This document shows, one piece after another, positions 1 to 10,399 of a DNA stretch of 64,000 nucleotides (position 1 is the first letter of the stretch; each line of letters opens with the position of its first letter). Source of the DNA: Armatimonadota bacterium. Its GTDB lineage: Bacteria; Armatimonadota; SYMT01. Both the position numbers and the translations under genes were made by a program. Location: positions 32,001 to 96,000 of the forward strand of contig JAWLHY010000015.1 in the NCBI GenBank assembly GCA_041690135.1, read 5' to 3'. Under the pieces are notes generated by a model. That model worked only from the letters and a program-made list of their open reading frames with translations. It was not told the DNA's origin and made no database searches.

Positions 1-4
1 CCGG

Positions 5-478
5 ATGCTGGACCCGCGGCAAATCCGGCTCCACCGGGACCCGTTCGCACAACTCCACCTGGAGATCGGAAGTGAAGAGCGCTACGGACCCGTGCGCGCG
101 GTCCGCTGCCTGCCGCTCACTCGCCCTTACGAGTTCATCTCCCTCCAGGACGAGGAAGGACGGGAAATCGGCGTCATCGCCGACCTGGCGGAACTGTCCA
201 CCGGCAGCCGGGAGGCCGTGGAAGAGGATCTGGAGTTCTATTACCTGAACCCCCGCGTGCTGCGCATCCACAAGGTGGAAGCCAAGAACGGCATTATCAC
301 CTGGGACCTGGAAACCGACCGGGGACGGAAAAAGGTCCACGTCCGCGACCGCCAGAATATTCGCCCGCTGCCGGACGGTCGCACCATCCTCACCGATATC
401 CACAACGCCAAGTACGAGGTTCCGCGCGGGGAAGAGCTGGACCCCCGCAGCCGCCAATGGCTGGAGATCGAGCTCTAA
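5..478 (+). CDS. DUF1854-like domain protein
   Basis: 157-aa ORF with pattern VRAVRCLPLTRPYEFISLQD-EGREIGVI...YYLNPRVLRI...WDLETDRG...TDIHNAKYEV resembling DUF1854. Confidence 0.75.
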   Translation: MLDPRQIRLHRDPFAQLHLEIGSEERYGPVRAVRCLPLTRPYEFISLQDEEGREIGVIADLAELSTGSREAVEEDLEFYYLNPRVLRIHKVEAKNGIITWDLETDRGRKKVHVRDRQNIRPLPDGRTILTDIHNAKYEVPRGEELDPRSRQWLEIEL

Positions 479-639
479 CTCTGAACCTGACTTGACAGTC
501 CCCTTGGAAGTGCGGTATCCGTCACTTACGCTAACAAACCGCCGCATCCGGCCATCCCGGGGTGCACCGCATCCTGAGAGCTGCCCGTCAGGACTATCCA
601 CTCGGCGTCGATCGTCTATTGAGCCACGAGGAGGTTCGT

Positions 640-1449
640 ATGAGACGTTCAAAATTAGGATTTACCCTGATTGAGCTGCTAGTTGTAATCGCTATTATAG
701 CGATATTAGCAGCGATCCTCTTTCCCGTCTTCGCCCAGGCGCGCGAGAAAGCGCGGCAGGCGCAGTGCCAGAGCAATCTCAAGCAGATCGGTACCGCCGT
801 CCGGATGTACGTGGACGATTACGACGGAGTGTACATCCCCACCTATTCGTACCCGGCGGGCTGGGGCGCCTGCCCCCACTTCGCATGGTTTGACATCGTG
901 CAGCCCTACGTGAAGAACATCGGCGTGCTCGATTGTCCCAGTTCGCCCCGGGACAATCGCGGGTTGTTCTGCAACGATGGTCGCTATAGCTGCCTTGGCG
1001 CCAACTATCCCGGCACTTCCGCCAACCCCATCCGGCTTGGCTACATGTACAACGAAGGCCACATGTCGATGTCTTACATGGGCCGACCTTCCGCACTCGG
1101 CTGCGACGGCTACCACGGCATGGCTACCAACGACTGTAACGGCTTCATGGAGCAGGGGGCACACGACGCCGAGATCGAAGACCCCGCCGGAACCATTGCC
1201 GCCGCCGATGGGCAGGGAAGCGCCGGTTCGGGTGTGTGCCGGCATAGCGGCGCGGTCTACCGAATCGCCCAGGGGGGAGGTGAGCCTCGCGATCAGGACT
1301 ATGCACCCAACCCCCGCGTGATGCGACGGCATAACGAAACGTTCAATGCCCTCTTCGCGGACGGGCACGTGAAAGCGCTGCGGCGCAGCACCTTCGGGAT
1401 GTGGACCCGCTACGCCGACGGTCCCAACCTGGGCGCGGGCGGACAGTAG
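640..1449 (+). CDS. Prepilin-type N-terminal cleavage/methylation protein with H-X9-DG motif (DUF1559 family)
   Basis: [41 protein letters not shown]; C-terminal [16 protein letters not shown]; ATG 640 preceded by GGAGG. Confidence 0.93.
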   Translation: MRRSKLGFTLIELLVVIAIIAILAAILFPVFAQAREKARQAQCQSNLKQIGTAVRMYVDDYDGVYIPTYSYPAGWGACPHFAWFDIVQPYVKNIGVLDCPSSPRDNRGLFCNDGRYSCLGANYPGTSANPIRLGYMYNEGHMSMSYMGRPSALGCDGYHGMATNDCNGFMEQGAHDAEIEDPAGTIAAADGQGSAGSGVCRHSGAVYRIAQGGGEPRDQDYAPNPRVMRRHNETFNALFADGHVKALRRSTFGMWTRYADGPNLGAGGQ

Positions 1450-1461
1450 GAGGGAAGCTGA

Positions 1462-1998
1462 ATGGCCACGATCGTCAAGTTGGGTGAACCGAAGCCACCC
1501 CCCAAAGACAAAGATGAGAAGACCCCTTCGGGTGGGGCGGGCCAGGTCGAGATCGACAGCGGCCTGCTGATCAAAGCCGGCGCAGGGGTGGGTGTGCTCG
1601 CGGTGATTGCCCTGGTCTGGTTCTTTCTGTTCCGGGGACCGGGAGAGGAGGGCAGCTTCACCGGCACCGGTCTTCCCGGAGGCGGGACTCTAGCAGCACC
1701 CATGCCGGGTACCGGTGCAGCCCCGATTGCCGGAGCTGCACCGGTCGCTACGCCGGGAGCGGTCGCCCCCGGTCCTCCCCGAGTCGCGCCGCCGGCTGGC
1801 GCCGCCGCGGCAGTCCCTCCCGGTGGCGCCATGCCTCCCGGCATGGTGCTGGCGCCGGGCAGTCGCGGGATGTCCGGGGTTACCACGATGCACGGCAATC
1901 CCGCGGCACCCTCCGGGTACGGGGGCGGCGGGCAGGTCTCCGGGAAGACCGGGCAGCCGGGGCCTAACGAAGATCCCTACGCGCGGGAGAATCGCTGA
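1462..1998 (+). CDS. Hypothetical single-TM protein with Pro/Gly/Ala-rich tail
   Basis: GGAGG RBS 12 nt after the prepilin gene; hydrophobic segment GVGVLAVIALVWFFLF. Confidence 0.65.
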   Translation: MATIVKLGEPKPPPKDKDEKTPSGGAGQVEIDSGLLIKAGAGVGVLAVIALVWFFLFRGPGEEGSFTGTGLPGGGTLAAPMPGTGAAPIAGAAPVATPGAVAPGPPRVAPPAGAAAAVPPGGAMPPGMVLAPGSRGMSGVTTMHGNPAAPSGYGGGGQVSGKTGQPGPNEDPYARENR

Positions 1999-2185
1999 GC
2001 CGGGCGCTGGGGAGCCCGGAACTGGGGAGCCGGAAGCGCGGATCGCTTTCTGCTCCCCAGCTCCCGAGATGTTCTTCTCCTGTCCCCTCTCCGGAGATGT
2101 TCCCGTCCTGGTGAAGGGTCTATCGGTCGGCTGCCGAACCTATGAGGGTAGAACGCAGTATCCCACAGTGAGGAGCCACAACCCG

Positions 2186-3172
2186 GTGATCGACCTGACG
2201 ACCCTGCCCATGCGGATCGCGCTGGGACAGTTCAACGAGCTGACGGACGAACAACTGCAGTTTGTGAAGCAGTGCGGCTGCGATGATGTTCTGCTGAACA
2301 CGCCGAAGCTCCCCGGGGACGAGCGCTGGGAGTACGAGGATCTGCTCGCCTGGAGGCAACGCGCGGAGGAAGCGGGGCTCCGGCTCATCGCACTCGAGAA
2401 CGTGCCGGTTCGGTTCTACGACCGGATCATGCTGGGGCTTCCGGGCCGGGAGCGGCAACTGGAGAATATGCAGGCGACGGTCCGCAACATGGGACGGGCG
2501 GGCATCCCCATTCTGGGCTATCACTTCATGCCGAACGGGGTGTGGCGAACCTCCTGGGACACCCCCGTCCGTGGCGGGGCGGCCGCCACCGCCTTCGACC
2601 TTTCGCAGGCGGATGCCGCCCGGCTCACCCACGACCGCGTCTACTCGGAAGAGGAGCTGTGGGAGAACTACGACTGGTATCTAAGCCGGATACTGCCGGT
2701 GTGCGAGGAGGCCGGCGTGCGGATGGCGCTCCATCCGGACGACCCGCCCGTGGAGAGCCTCGGAGGCATCCCACGGCTCTTCCGCAACTTCGAGAACTTC
2801 CGGCGCGCCATGGAAACCCACCACAGCCCCATGCATGGCCTCGACTACTGCCATGGCTGCTGGTCGGAAATGCGCGGGGGCGAAGGGGTCCTCGAGTCGA
2901 TCCGGTGGTTTGCGGAACGAGGCAAGATCTTCTACATGCACCTGCGCGACGTGCAGGGGACAGCCGGGTGTTTCACCGAGGTCTTCCTGGGCGACGGTAA
3001 CTCCGACCCGGTGGCGGTGGTCAAAACCCTGAAGGAGTGCGGCTTCCGCGGCTTCATCATCGACGACCACGTGCCGCGGATGGTGAACGATACCCCCTGG
3101 TGCCACCGGGGGCGGGCCTGGAGCACCGGGTATCTCCAGGCCCTGGTCCAGGCCGTCAACGCTCTGGCCTAG
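2186..3172 (+). CDS. uxuA: Mannonate dehydratase family protein
   Basis: Motifs YDRIMLGLPGRE, GYHFMP, ALHPDDPP, HLRDVQG, DDHVP; GTG 2186 after AGGAG (alternative ATG 2210). Confidence 0.85.
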   Translation: MIDLTTLPMRIALGQFNELTDEQLQFVKQCGCDDVLLNTPKLPGDERWEYEDLLAWRQRAEEAGLRLIALENVPVRFYDRIMLGLPGRERQLENMQATVRNMGRAGIPILGYHFMPNGVWRTSWDTPVRGGAAATAFDLSQADAARLTHDRVYSEEELWENYDWYLSRILPVCEEAGVRMALHPDDPPVESLGGIPRLFRNFENFRRAMETHHSPMHGLDYCHGCWSEMRGGEGVLESIRWFAERGKIFYMHLRDVQGTAGCFTEVFLGDGNSDPVAVVKTLKECGFRGFIIDDHVPRMVNDTPWCHRGRAWSTGYLQALVQAVNALA

Positions 3173-3178
3173 TGGCTT

Positions 3179-3799
3179 CTAGGGTACGGCCGGTGGCTGC
3201 CGCTGCTTCTCCGCACCCGAACAGCTCGGCAGAACCGGCCCCCCAGTTTGCGACGGGATCTGCTTCTGCTCGGGAAGCGCCCTCACCGCTGGGGCCGGCC
3301 CCTGAACGCCTCCCAGGGGCATACTTCCGCCGATGGGCGTACCATGCGGGGCAGGACACAGGATCGCCGGCGGGCACGGAGCCGGAGGAGTGGACCTCAT
3401 CCCCAGCACGGAGGCCAGGGCCGGCCCCCAGGCGGCGGCCAGGGCCGTGACTCCAACAACCAGTAATGCCACCGCGAGAGCCAGGGGGGCCAGGCGACGC
3501 GGGACGGGTCTACCGTGGTACAGCCGGGCGGGGTTGGTGCCTTCCACAATGCCGTGCGGCTGTCTCTCACAGCGGATGCGAGCACTGATGACCTGGAGTC
3601 TGCGCTCTCCTTCCGGATCGAGCACGGAGTCGGGGGCAAGCGCTCGCCGCAATTGGTCCTTCTCCACAACCCAACTCGCCCACCGCGCCCGGCAGCAGTC
3701 GCACCCGGCGAGATGGGACTGCACCAGTATCCTCGCCGGACCGGCCAGCTCGTTGTGAGCGTGCAGGAACAGGGCTCTCTCAAACAAGTGGCAGGTCAT
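3179..3799 (-). CDS. Anti-sigma factor (zf-HC2 zinc motif plus TM helix)
   Basis: HLAGCDCC (HxxxCxxC) motif, TM segment, 4-nt overlap with the ECF sigma gene. Confidence 0.75.
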   Translation of the reverse strand: MTCHLFERALFLHAHNELAGPARILVQSHLAGCDCCRARWASWVVEKDQLRRALAPDSVLDPEGERRLQVISARIRCERQPHGIVEGTNPARLYHGRPVPRRLAPLALAVALLVVGVTALAAAWGPALASVLGMRSTPPAPCPPAILCPAPHGTPIGGSMPLGGVQGPAPAVRALPEQKQIPSQTGGPVLPSCSGAEKQRQPPAVP

Positions 3800-4422
3800 C
3801 GCCGCTCCTCAGAAAACTTCGCCGGCATGGTTTCGCTCGCCTGGTTCTCCATGCTCCGGCGCAAACGCCGGTGCGCCTGGTAGAACCGGTACTTCAACGT
3901 GGAAAGGTTGGTGCCCAGCAGTTCCGAAATCTCCGGCAGGTTCAGATCCGTATAATAGTAGAGTTCAAGGACCTGGCGCTCCGGTGCCGGTAGTGCGGCC
4001 AGGCGTTGACGGATCACTGCTCGTTCGATCAGACTTGCTGGCCAGTCATCGCCTGCCCCTGGTTCATCCGATTCCGTCCATTCCTGGAACGGATCGTGCG
4101 CATCGCCCAGCAAGCGCCGAAGGCGCTGGTGCCTCCGGGCCGCCTCCGCGCACCGATTGAGGGCAATGCCGAAGAGCCAGGTCCGAAACCGGGACCGACC
4201 TTTGAAATTGGGGAGTTCGCGCCAGGCAGTGACAAAGATCTCCTGTGCCACATCCTCGCACTCGATCGCCGCGTCCAACCGTGCCCGGACGAACTGCGTG
4301 AGGCGCGCCTGATAACGATAGACCAGCGCATCGAAGGCGCGAGCATCTCCGGCCCGCGCAGCCGCTACCAAGGGGGCGTCGGGGTCCGGATTACCGAAAA
4401 GTGAGAAAAGGAAAGTCCGCAT
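3796..4422 (-). CDS. ECF-family RNA polymerase sigma factor
   Basis: Region 2 (AFDALVYRY, EDVAQEIF, FKGRSRFRTWLFGIA) and region 4 (LPEISELLGTNLSTLKYRFYQA). Confidence 0.93.
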   Translation of the reverse strand: MRTFLFSLFGNPDPDAPLVAAARAGDARAFDALVYRYQARLTQFVRARLDAAIECEDVAQEIFVTAWRELPNFKGRSRFRTWLFGIALNRCAEAARRHQRLRRLLGDAHDPFQEWTESDEPGAGDDWPASLIERAVIRQRLAALPAPERQVLELYYYTDLNLPEISELLGTNLSTLKYRFYQAHRRLRRSMENQASETMPAKFSEERR

Positions 4423-4588
4423 CCTGGTCCGCGCAGGGAGTTAGCGAGCCCTTCTGCGCCCTCCTACTCTTAGTTGCCTTCGGAAGCACCGAAAGTTGGT
4501 CCGAAAACTCCCGAAACTGTCGACCGCGAGCGACCCCAGGGGCGACAAACACCCCGCCCGACAATCAAGCACCTGAACCCGGAGTGCC

Positions 4589-6064
4589 ATGCACGAACCG
4601 CCGCAGAACCCCGATCCTCTCGCCCAATTGATCCCGCCGTCCCGTCCGCCCCGGATGGGGAGCGCCGTGCGGGATCCGCTGGACGACCTGCTCCCGCCGT
4701 CTCGCCCCCCGCGGGCGCCGAAACGCGGCGGGTCCAACAAACATGAGCGGCCTGTGCTGCAGGTCGTCCTGCCACTGCTGGCCCTGGCGGGGATCTGCGC
4801 GCTCGGGATCCGTCCGCCCGATCGTCCGGCATCCGCACGCGTGATTCCGCTCGCGGACGGCGGCAGCATCGCTCTGGAGGCCATAACGTATGGGCGGAAC
4901 CACCAGTTCGTCCGTGGGAACTGGGTTCAGAAACTCCTGGTCAGTGTGCTTCCGGACCAGACGCATCGTTGGATCGGCGGTGCCATTTCCACCTTCAGTG
5001 CCGACAACGACGGCGCGCTGGTTTTCTGGACGGTCCGCAGCCTGGGGAACCGACCGCTGGCCTCAAAGCTGCGCGTGGCGGGCGTTGACGAATCCGAGAA
5101 TGAAGTCTTTATCGGTCGCCGCTGCTACCAGTCCCGGCTGAACTCGCAGAACCTGATCGAAGGATGGCTCCTCCCCGCGCTGCCTCGCCGGGGGAAGAAA
5201 GTGGAGTTACGGGTCTATGAATCCCGGGGGAAGGGCAACTGGGCCCGGGTCTTCGAATTGGAGGCTCCCAACCCGACTCCCGGCCCCCACCCGAAGTGGG
5301 AGGTCAACCCGCTGCCTCAGACCGAGCAGGACGGTGAACACAGTTTCACCCTCACGCGCCTCGTTACCGGAGTGGCCGCGGACAATCCCCGCCGCCGCGC
5401 TCCCGCCGGAACTCCCGCGTACACGGTAGCCCATTTTCGGGACCAGGCGGTCGAGCCTGACGAGGCGGAGGACAAAGCGGAGATCGCTCCCGCCTCCTGG
5501 TATCCGGAACGGGCTACCATTCTGGACGCCACCGGTAACGTGCTCCGCCTGGAAGCGAAAACTCAGCGAGAAGGGGATGGCTTCCGCCTCCTGATACCCG
5601 GTAGGCTCTGGCCTTCCGAACCGGTATGGAGGCTCCGGGTCAACTTCTCGCGCACGGCCGGTTTCGCTGCCGAAGAAAAGTTTACTTTCCAAACTGTACC
5701 GCTTCCGGGTCGGCGGTCAACGACTCTTTCGCAGGAGTCCGCCACGCTCACGGGCACTACGGTGGTTTTCGACGGGATTGCCGGTCCCGAGGCGCACCTG
5801 CGCGGTGCACCGGCGATCCCCCACAAAACCCCCCTGATCTACCTGCGCATTCGCCCTTACCTGGACGACATCCGGGTAACGGTGGTGGATGCCCGAGACG
5901 AGCACGGTCGCTCACTCCCCGTGGCGGCCATTCCGGTTTACCGGAAGAGGGGCGCCTTCGCCTTTCCCATCGAGTCCACAGGCAACGCGCGCCGGATCGA
6001 CCTGACGGTGGCCGTACACCACTCCCGGGTGGTGGAATTCACCGCGAAGCCGAGCCGGCCCTGA
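4589..6064 (+). CDS. Hypothetical membrane-anchored protein
   Basis: 491-aa ORF with an N-terminal TM (VVLPLLALAGICALGI); divergent from the ECF sigma gene. Confidence 0.7.
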   Translation: MHEPPQNPDPLAQLIPPSRPPRMGSAVRDPLDDLLPPSRPPRAPKRGGSNKHERPVLQVVLPLLALAGICALGIRPPDRPASARVIPLADGGSIALEAITYGRNHQFVRGNWVQKLLVSVLPDQTHRWIGGAISTFSADNDGALVFWTVRSLGNRPLASKLRVAGVDESENEVFIGRRCYQSRLNSQNLIEGWLLPALPRRGKKVELRVYESRGKGNWARVFELEAPNPTPGPHPKWEVNPLPQTEQDGEHSFTLTRLVTGVAADNPRRRAPAGTPAYTVAHFRDQAVEPDEAEDKAEIAPASWYPERATILDATGNVLRLEAKTQREGDGFRLLIPGRLWPSEPVWRLRVNFSRTAGFAAEEKFTFQTVPLPGRRSTTLSQESATLTGTTVVFDGIAGPEAHLRGAPAIPHKTPLIYLRIRPYLDDIRVTVVDARDEHGRSLPVAAIPVYRKRGAFAFPIESTGNARRIDLTVAVHHSRVVEFTAKPSRP

Positions 6065-6197
6065 GCTTTGCCGATTACGACCAGGATTACGATTAGGATT
6101 GAGGCGAAGGTAGTTAGGAGCGGGAGTAGAACTAACCCCTGAGTGGCTTTCGGGGCTCCGGAGCCGGACCCCACGCATTCGTTGGGAGGGAGCGGAA

Positions 6198-6896
6198 ATG
6201 CAGAGACGCACTTTTATATCGGCCGTGGCCGGGGCATGGTTCGCCGGTACAGCGGTGCTTCCGGGTTGGGCGGCCGAAAACGCACTATCGGACAGGGAGC
6301 AGTCCGGAGGTTGGAAACTGCTGTTCGACGGCAAGACCCTGAACGGCTGGAAGGCCATGGGGAACCCCGCCGGCTGGGTGGTGGAGGACGGCTCCATCCT
6401 CTGTACGGTGATGCGGGGAAGCTACCTGCGCACGGAAGAGCAATACGGCGACTTCGTGCTCTCCCTGGACTATAAGATCGCGCCGGGAACAAACAGCGGC
6501 GTGTTCTTTCGCTGGTCGGACCTCAAGAATCCCGTCCACACCGGTATCGAGATGGCGATCGACGACTCGGCGGGGAAAGCCGCTCCGGGAACCCACGATG
6601 CAGGCGCCATTTACGACATCATCGCACCCCGCAAGAACATGTCGAAACCGGCGGGCGAATGGAACCACGTGGTCATCACCTGCAAGGACAACCTGATCCA
6701 GATAGAGATGAACGGGGAGAAGGTCAGCGAAATGGACCTGAACCTGTGGGTGGAAGCCGGCAAGAACCCCGACGGTACCACCAACAAGTTCAAGAACGCC
6801 TATAAGGATCTTCCCCGCACCGGCTACCTTGGCCTGCAGGACCACGGCGGGAAGGTCTGGTACAAGAACATCAAGCTGAAGCCGCTCAAGAAGTGA
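6198..6896 (+). CDS. DUF1080 (3-keto-disaccharide hydrolase family) protein with Tat signal
   Basis: QRRTF Tat motif; GWKLLFDGKTLNGW, NSGVFFR, GEWNHV, GYLGLQDHG..VWYKNIK. Confidence 0.92.
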   Translation: MQRRTFISAVAGAWFAGTAVLPGWAAENALSDREQSGGWKLLFDGKTLNGWKAMGNPAGWVVEDGSILCTVMRGSYLRTEEQYGDFVLSLDYKIAPGTNSGVFFRWSDLKNPVHTGIEMAIDDSAGKAAPGTHDAGAIYDIIAPRKNMSKPAGEWNHVVITCKDNLIQIEMNGEKVSEMDLNLWVEAGKNPDGTTNKFKNAYKDLPRTGYLGLQDHGGKVWYKNIKLKPLKK

Positions 6897-8677
6897 ACGC
6901 AATGACCCCTTCCCCTGCTGGGCACGCGGCACTCCCACCGCCGCGACCCGTTCTGCGCCGGTGGGTCCTCTGGGCGGCGGCCGGACTCCTCTCAGCCGCT
7001 GGGAGTTGGCAACTCATGGCCGGAGAAGACCCGAACGGCGACGTGCGGGTGACCGTGCGTGAACAGGAGACCGGCGCTCTCTTGCCGGCGCGCCTGACGC
7101 TCCTCGACGCGGACGGCCGACCGGCGACGGTCACCCTCGAGCCACGGCCCTGGCTGGCGGTACGACCGGGCGTCGTTTACACCGGAACCGGCGAGGCAGC
7201 GTTCCGCCTCCCCCGCGGCCGGTACACCCTGCATGCCACGCGCGGTTCGGAGTATGGCCTGGCTACCCGTCGGCTTCAGGTGGGGGAGGGAACCACCCAT
7301 ATCGATCTTCGCCTCACGCGAGAGGTGGATACGCGCGGCTATATCAGCTGCGATACCCATATCCACACGCGGACGTACAGTGGGCATGGCGACAGCACGC
7401 TCGAAGAGCGCATGCCCACCATCGCAGGCGAGGGGATCGAGCTCGCCATCGCCACGGACCACAACCACCACACCGACTATGCTCCCGCGGCCCAGGCAAC
7501 CCGAACCGCCTCCTTCTTCACGCCGGTGATCGGGAATGAAGTCACGACGAAGGTCGGCCACTTCAACGCGTTTCCGATCCGGCCGGGGAGCAAGGTACCC
7601 GATTACCAGTCCACGGACTGGAAGCAGCTCCTGGCGGGAATCCGCGCGGTGCCCGGGGTGCGCGTCGTCGTGCTCAACCACCCGAGCAATAACCACTCGG
7701 ACTTCGTTCCCACCGACCCCAAACGGTTCCACCCGGCAAGCGGAGAGAGTCTCGACGGCCGTTCCTGGGACTTCGACGGGATGGAAGTGGTCACGTCGGC
7801 GGCGCTGCAGTCCGACTGGATGAAGCCGTACCGGGACTGGTTCGCCCTGCTGAACCGCGGGCGGCGCACCGTAGGCCTCGGCTCCAGCGATACTCACGAC
7901 GTGGATCGCTTCATCCTGGGGCAGGCGCGGACGTACGTCGCCAGCACCGCCACCCGGCCCGACCGCGTCGACGTCAACGAGGCGTGCGAGAACATTCTCG
8001 CGGGCAAAGTGCTGGTGAGCATGGGGCTATTGACCGAGGCCTGGGTCGATGAGCAGTACGGCGTGGGAGAGTTCGCCAACGGCCGAGATCCGGAGATGAA
8101 GGTCCGCGTGCGGGTGCAGGGCCCGCGCTGGGTCACGGCGGACCGGATCGAGCTGTACGCCAACGGTCAGAAGATCGCCTCGCGCCCGGTGGTCCATTCC
8201 GGAAAGGCCATCGTCAAAGCCGACCACACCTTTACCGTGCCGCGCCCCGCGCACGACGCCTGGCTCGTCGCCATCGCCTCGGGTCCCGGCGTCGATCAGC
8301 CTTACTGGCCGATTGGACGGCCTTACCAGCCGGACCGGGCGGAGTGGGATCCGCGCGTGATCGGGTCCACCAGTCCCATCCGGATCGATGGAGACGGGGA
8401 CGGCCGGTACACCAGCCCCATGGAGTACGCGCGAGCCTGCCTGGCAGCCACTCCGGGAGCGCCCTACCGGACAGCGCCGGAAGCACGAAAGTTGATGGCG
8501 ACGCTGGCCCGTTACGATACCGCCGTCGCCGTACAGGCGGCCTCGCTCCTGTACCAGCAGGGAGCCGATCCCGGCACTGGAGCGCTCCGGCAGGCCAGCG
8601 AATCCGCCGCTCCGCACGTACGCCACGCCTTCGTCGCCTATCGCAACCTGCGAGTCAAGCAGGCCCCGGGGAGTTGA
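6893..8677 (+). CDS. CehA/McbA-like PHP-family metallohydrolase
   Basis: DTHIHT, ATDHNH, GNEVTT..GHFN, NHP and SSDTH metal motifs; GTGA overlap with the upstream gene. Confidence 0.8.
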   Translation: MNAMTPSPAGHAALPPPRPVLRRWVLWAAAGLLSAAGSWQLMAGEDPNGDVRVTVREQETGALLPARLTLLDADGRPATVTLEPRPWLAVRPGVVYTGTGEAAFRLPRGRYTLHATRGSEYGLATRRLQVGEGTTHIDLRLTREVDTRGYISCDTHIHTRTYSGHGDSTLEERMPTIAGEGIELAIATDHNHHTDYAPAAQATRTASFFTPVIGNEVTTKVGHFNAFPIRPGSKVPDYQSTDWKQLLAGIRAVPGVRVVVLNHPSNNHSDFVPTDPKRFHPASGESLDGRSWDFDGMEVVTSAALQSDWMKPYRDWFALLNRGRRTVGLGSSDTHDVDRFILGQARTYVASTATRPDRVDVNEACENILAGKVLVSMGLLTEAWVDEQYGVGEFANGRDPEMKVRVRVQGPRWVTADRIELYANGQKIASRPVVHSGKAIVKADHTFTVPRPAHDAWLVAIASGPGVDQPYWPIGRPYQPDRAEWDPRVIGSTSPIRIDGDGDGRYTSPMEYARACLAATPGAPYRTAPEARKLMATLARYDTAVAVQAASLLYQQGADPGTGALRQASESAAPHVRHAFVAYRNLRVKQAPGS

Positions 8678-8788
8678 TCTCCGGGGAATGACGACAAGGA
8701 AGAATAGGGGAATGGGGGAGTGGATGTACGGGAGCCGTTGTGCCAACAGCGTGCTTCCATTCATCCACTCTCCCTATCTCTCTGCCTT

Positions 8789-9571
8789 CTACTGACCCCG
8801 CTTCTGAGACAGAAGCCAGGCGATCGCTTCCGCGTCGCCATAGGCCCGGTCCCAGGAGTTGTGGCCCACACCAGGATACTCGGAATACTTGATCCGCGCG
8901 TTGCCCGCCATCCGCACCGCTTCCACCATTTCGCGGGAACGGACCACAGGCACTGCGTTATCGGCATCGCCGTGGAACACCCAGATCGGCAGGCTCTTGA
9001 GCGCTCCCGCCATCTCGGCCGGCTTTCCGCCGCCGCAAATCGGCAGCAGGGCGGCAAACCGCTGCGGGTACTTCGAGCCTAGATACCAGGTGCCGTAGCC
9101 ACCCATGGAGAGACCGGTCAGGTAGACCCGGTCCGGATCCGTGCTGTACTGCTTGAGCACCTGGTCCAGCGCGGCCATGGCCGCCTCCGCCACCTCCGGG
9201 TGGTCGCCCACGAACCCGGTAATTCCCGCGCCCCACGACTTGCCGGTGGGGCACTGCGGCATCACCACCAACGCGGGAAACCGTTCCGGGTTGAGACGGA
9301 TGGCCCGGCCGATCCCCACATCGGACTGGGCCAGGCCGCCGGCACCTCGCTCTCCGGCTCCGTGGAGGAACAGGATCACGGGCCATTTCTTCTCGGGGGA
9401 GTAATCGCGCGGGACATAGACCACGTAGGGCAGGGTAGTATCCCCGGCCTTCGCGGTGGCATTCAGGAAGCCGGTTGCCATGGGGGCAGAACTCGCCGGC
9501 AGCGGCGCCGCCAGGCAGAACACGGATAGGAGAAGAGCCGGTAGCCACCGGCTCTAGGAGAATCGTCGCAT
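8789..9571 (-). CDS. Secreted alpha/beta hydrolase (esterase/peptidase family); signal peptide interrupted by in-frame TAG at codon 6
   Basis: FLHGAGERG, GLSMGG nucleophile elbow, FHGDAD, GHNSW; ATG 9571 reads MRRFS*SRWLPALLLSV; the ORF track starts at GTG 9523. Confidence 0.82.
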
Positions 9572-9666
9572 CGTCAAAAGCATTCCACAGGAGGGAGTGA
9601 AGGAACTCCTACAGGGGATTAGCCCCTTCCACTCCCAACTCCTGCCGGAACTGCAAGAAATCCCGA

Positions 9667-10119
9667 TCAGGGAGCGACGATCAGTTTACCGGTCATCCCT
9701 CGCTCTTCATGATTGGCCACCGGGCAGTAGAAGGTGTAGGTGCCGGGTTTCTCCGGCGCCTGGAACTGGAGCACCTTGGTCTCTCCCGGAGCCACGTTCT
9801 GCTGCAACTCCACTTCCCCCGCAGGCAACTCGAACTCGATGTTGTGCGGCACGGTGCCCTCATTCTCCAGTTCCACCCGTACGGGCTGACCCGGCCGCAC
9901 CGTCAGCTCATTGGGAATGAACTCCATCCGGTCGGCGACCATCTCCACCCGCATCACCTGGGTTGTCCCGGTCTCCAATTGCCCCGGAGCCGGCGCGTCC
10001 AGCGGCCGGTTCGCCGCGTTCACCGTTTCGCGGTCCTCGAGCCCGCAGCCGGCGCCCAGCAAGCCTATCGCACTCACCAGCGCCACCACGGACGCGTATC
10101 CAAATCCCTTCTTCCGCAT
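9667..10119 (-). CDS. Cupredoxin-domain lipoprotein
   Basis: Lipobox-like LGAGC; type-1 copper ligands HN...C PVANH...GM. Confidence 0.88.
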   Translation of the reverse strand: MRKKGFGYASVVALVSAIGLLGAGCGLEDRETVNAANRPLDAPAPGQLETGTTQVMRVEMVADRMEFIPNELTVRPGQPVRVELENEGTVPHNIEFELPAGEVELQQNVAPGETKVLQFQAPEKPGTYTFYCPVANHEERGMTGKLIVAP

Positions 10120-10399
10120 GGTCTCGATCCTCCACGGCGGTCTTACCCAACCCGCCACGAGAGGAGACGTAGCGACCTGGGGACCCGGCCGTGCTGGAGG
10201 ACCTACAGCGCCGTCTACGGGAATTGGAAGCAGCACTGGCCCGCCAGCAGGAGCTCATCAACCAGCTCCGGGATGCTGAGGTGGGTGTGGTAGAGCCTGA
10301 ATAGCTCTAAAATATTGTTGGAAACTCCATACTGACCGGCTGCAGTTGGACTACCGGCGATCGATTTTCCAACGGCATCTTCTAGGGATCGGACGCGAG

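Noticed and set aside
492-521. Sigma70 promoter for the first prepilin gene
   Set aside because: TTGACA is present but there is no convincing -10 at the proper spacing.
1715-2185. N-terminal extension of the 485-aa uxuA ORF
   Set aside because: It overlaps the preceding gene and intergenic repeats; the RBS and family similarity begin at 2186-2210.
9554-9556. Pyrrolysine or stop-codon reassignment at the TAG
   Set aside because: TAG ends many genes normally in this window, no pyl genes are present, and the site lies in a signal peptide.
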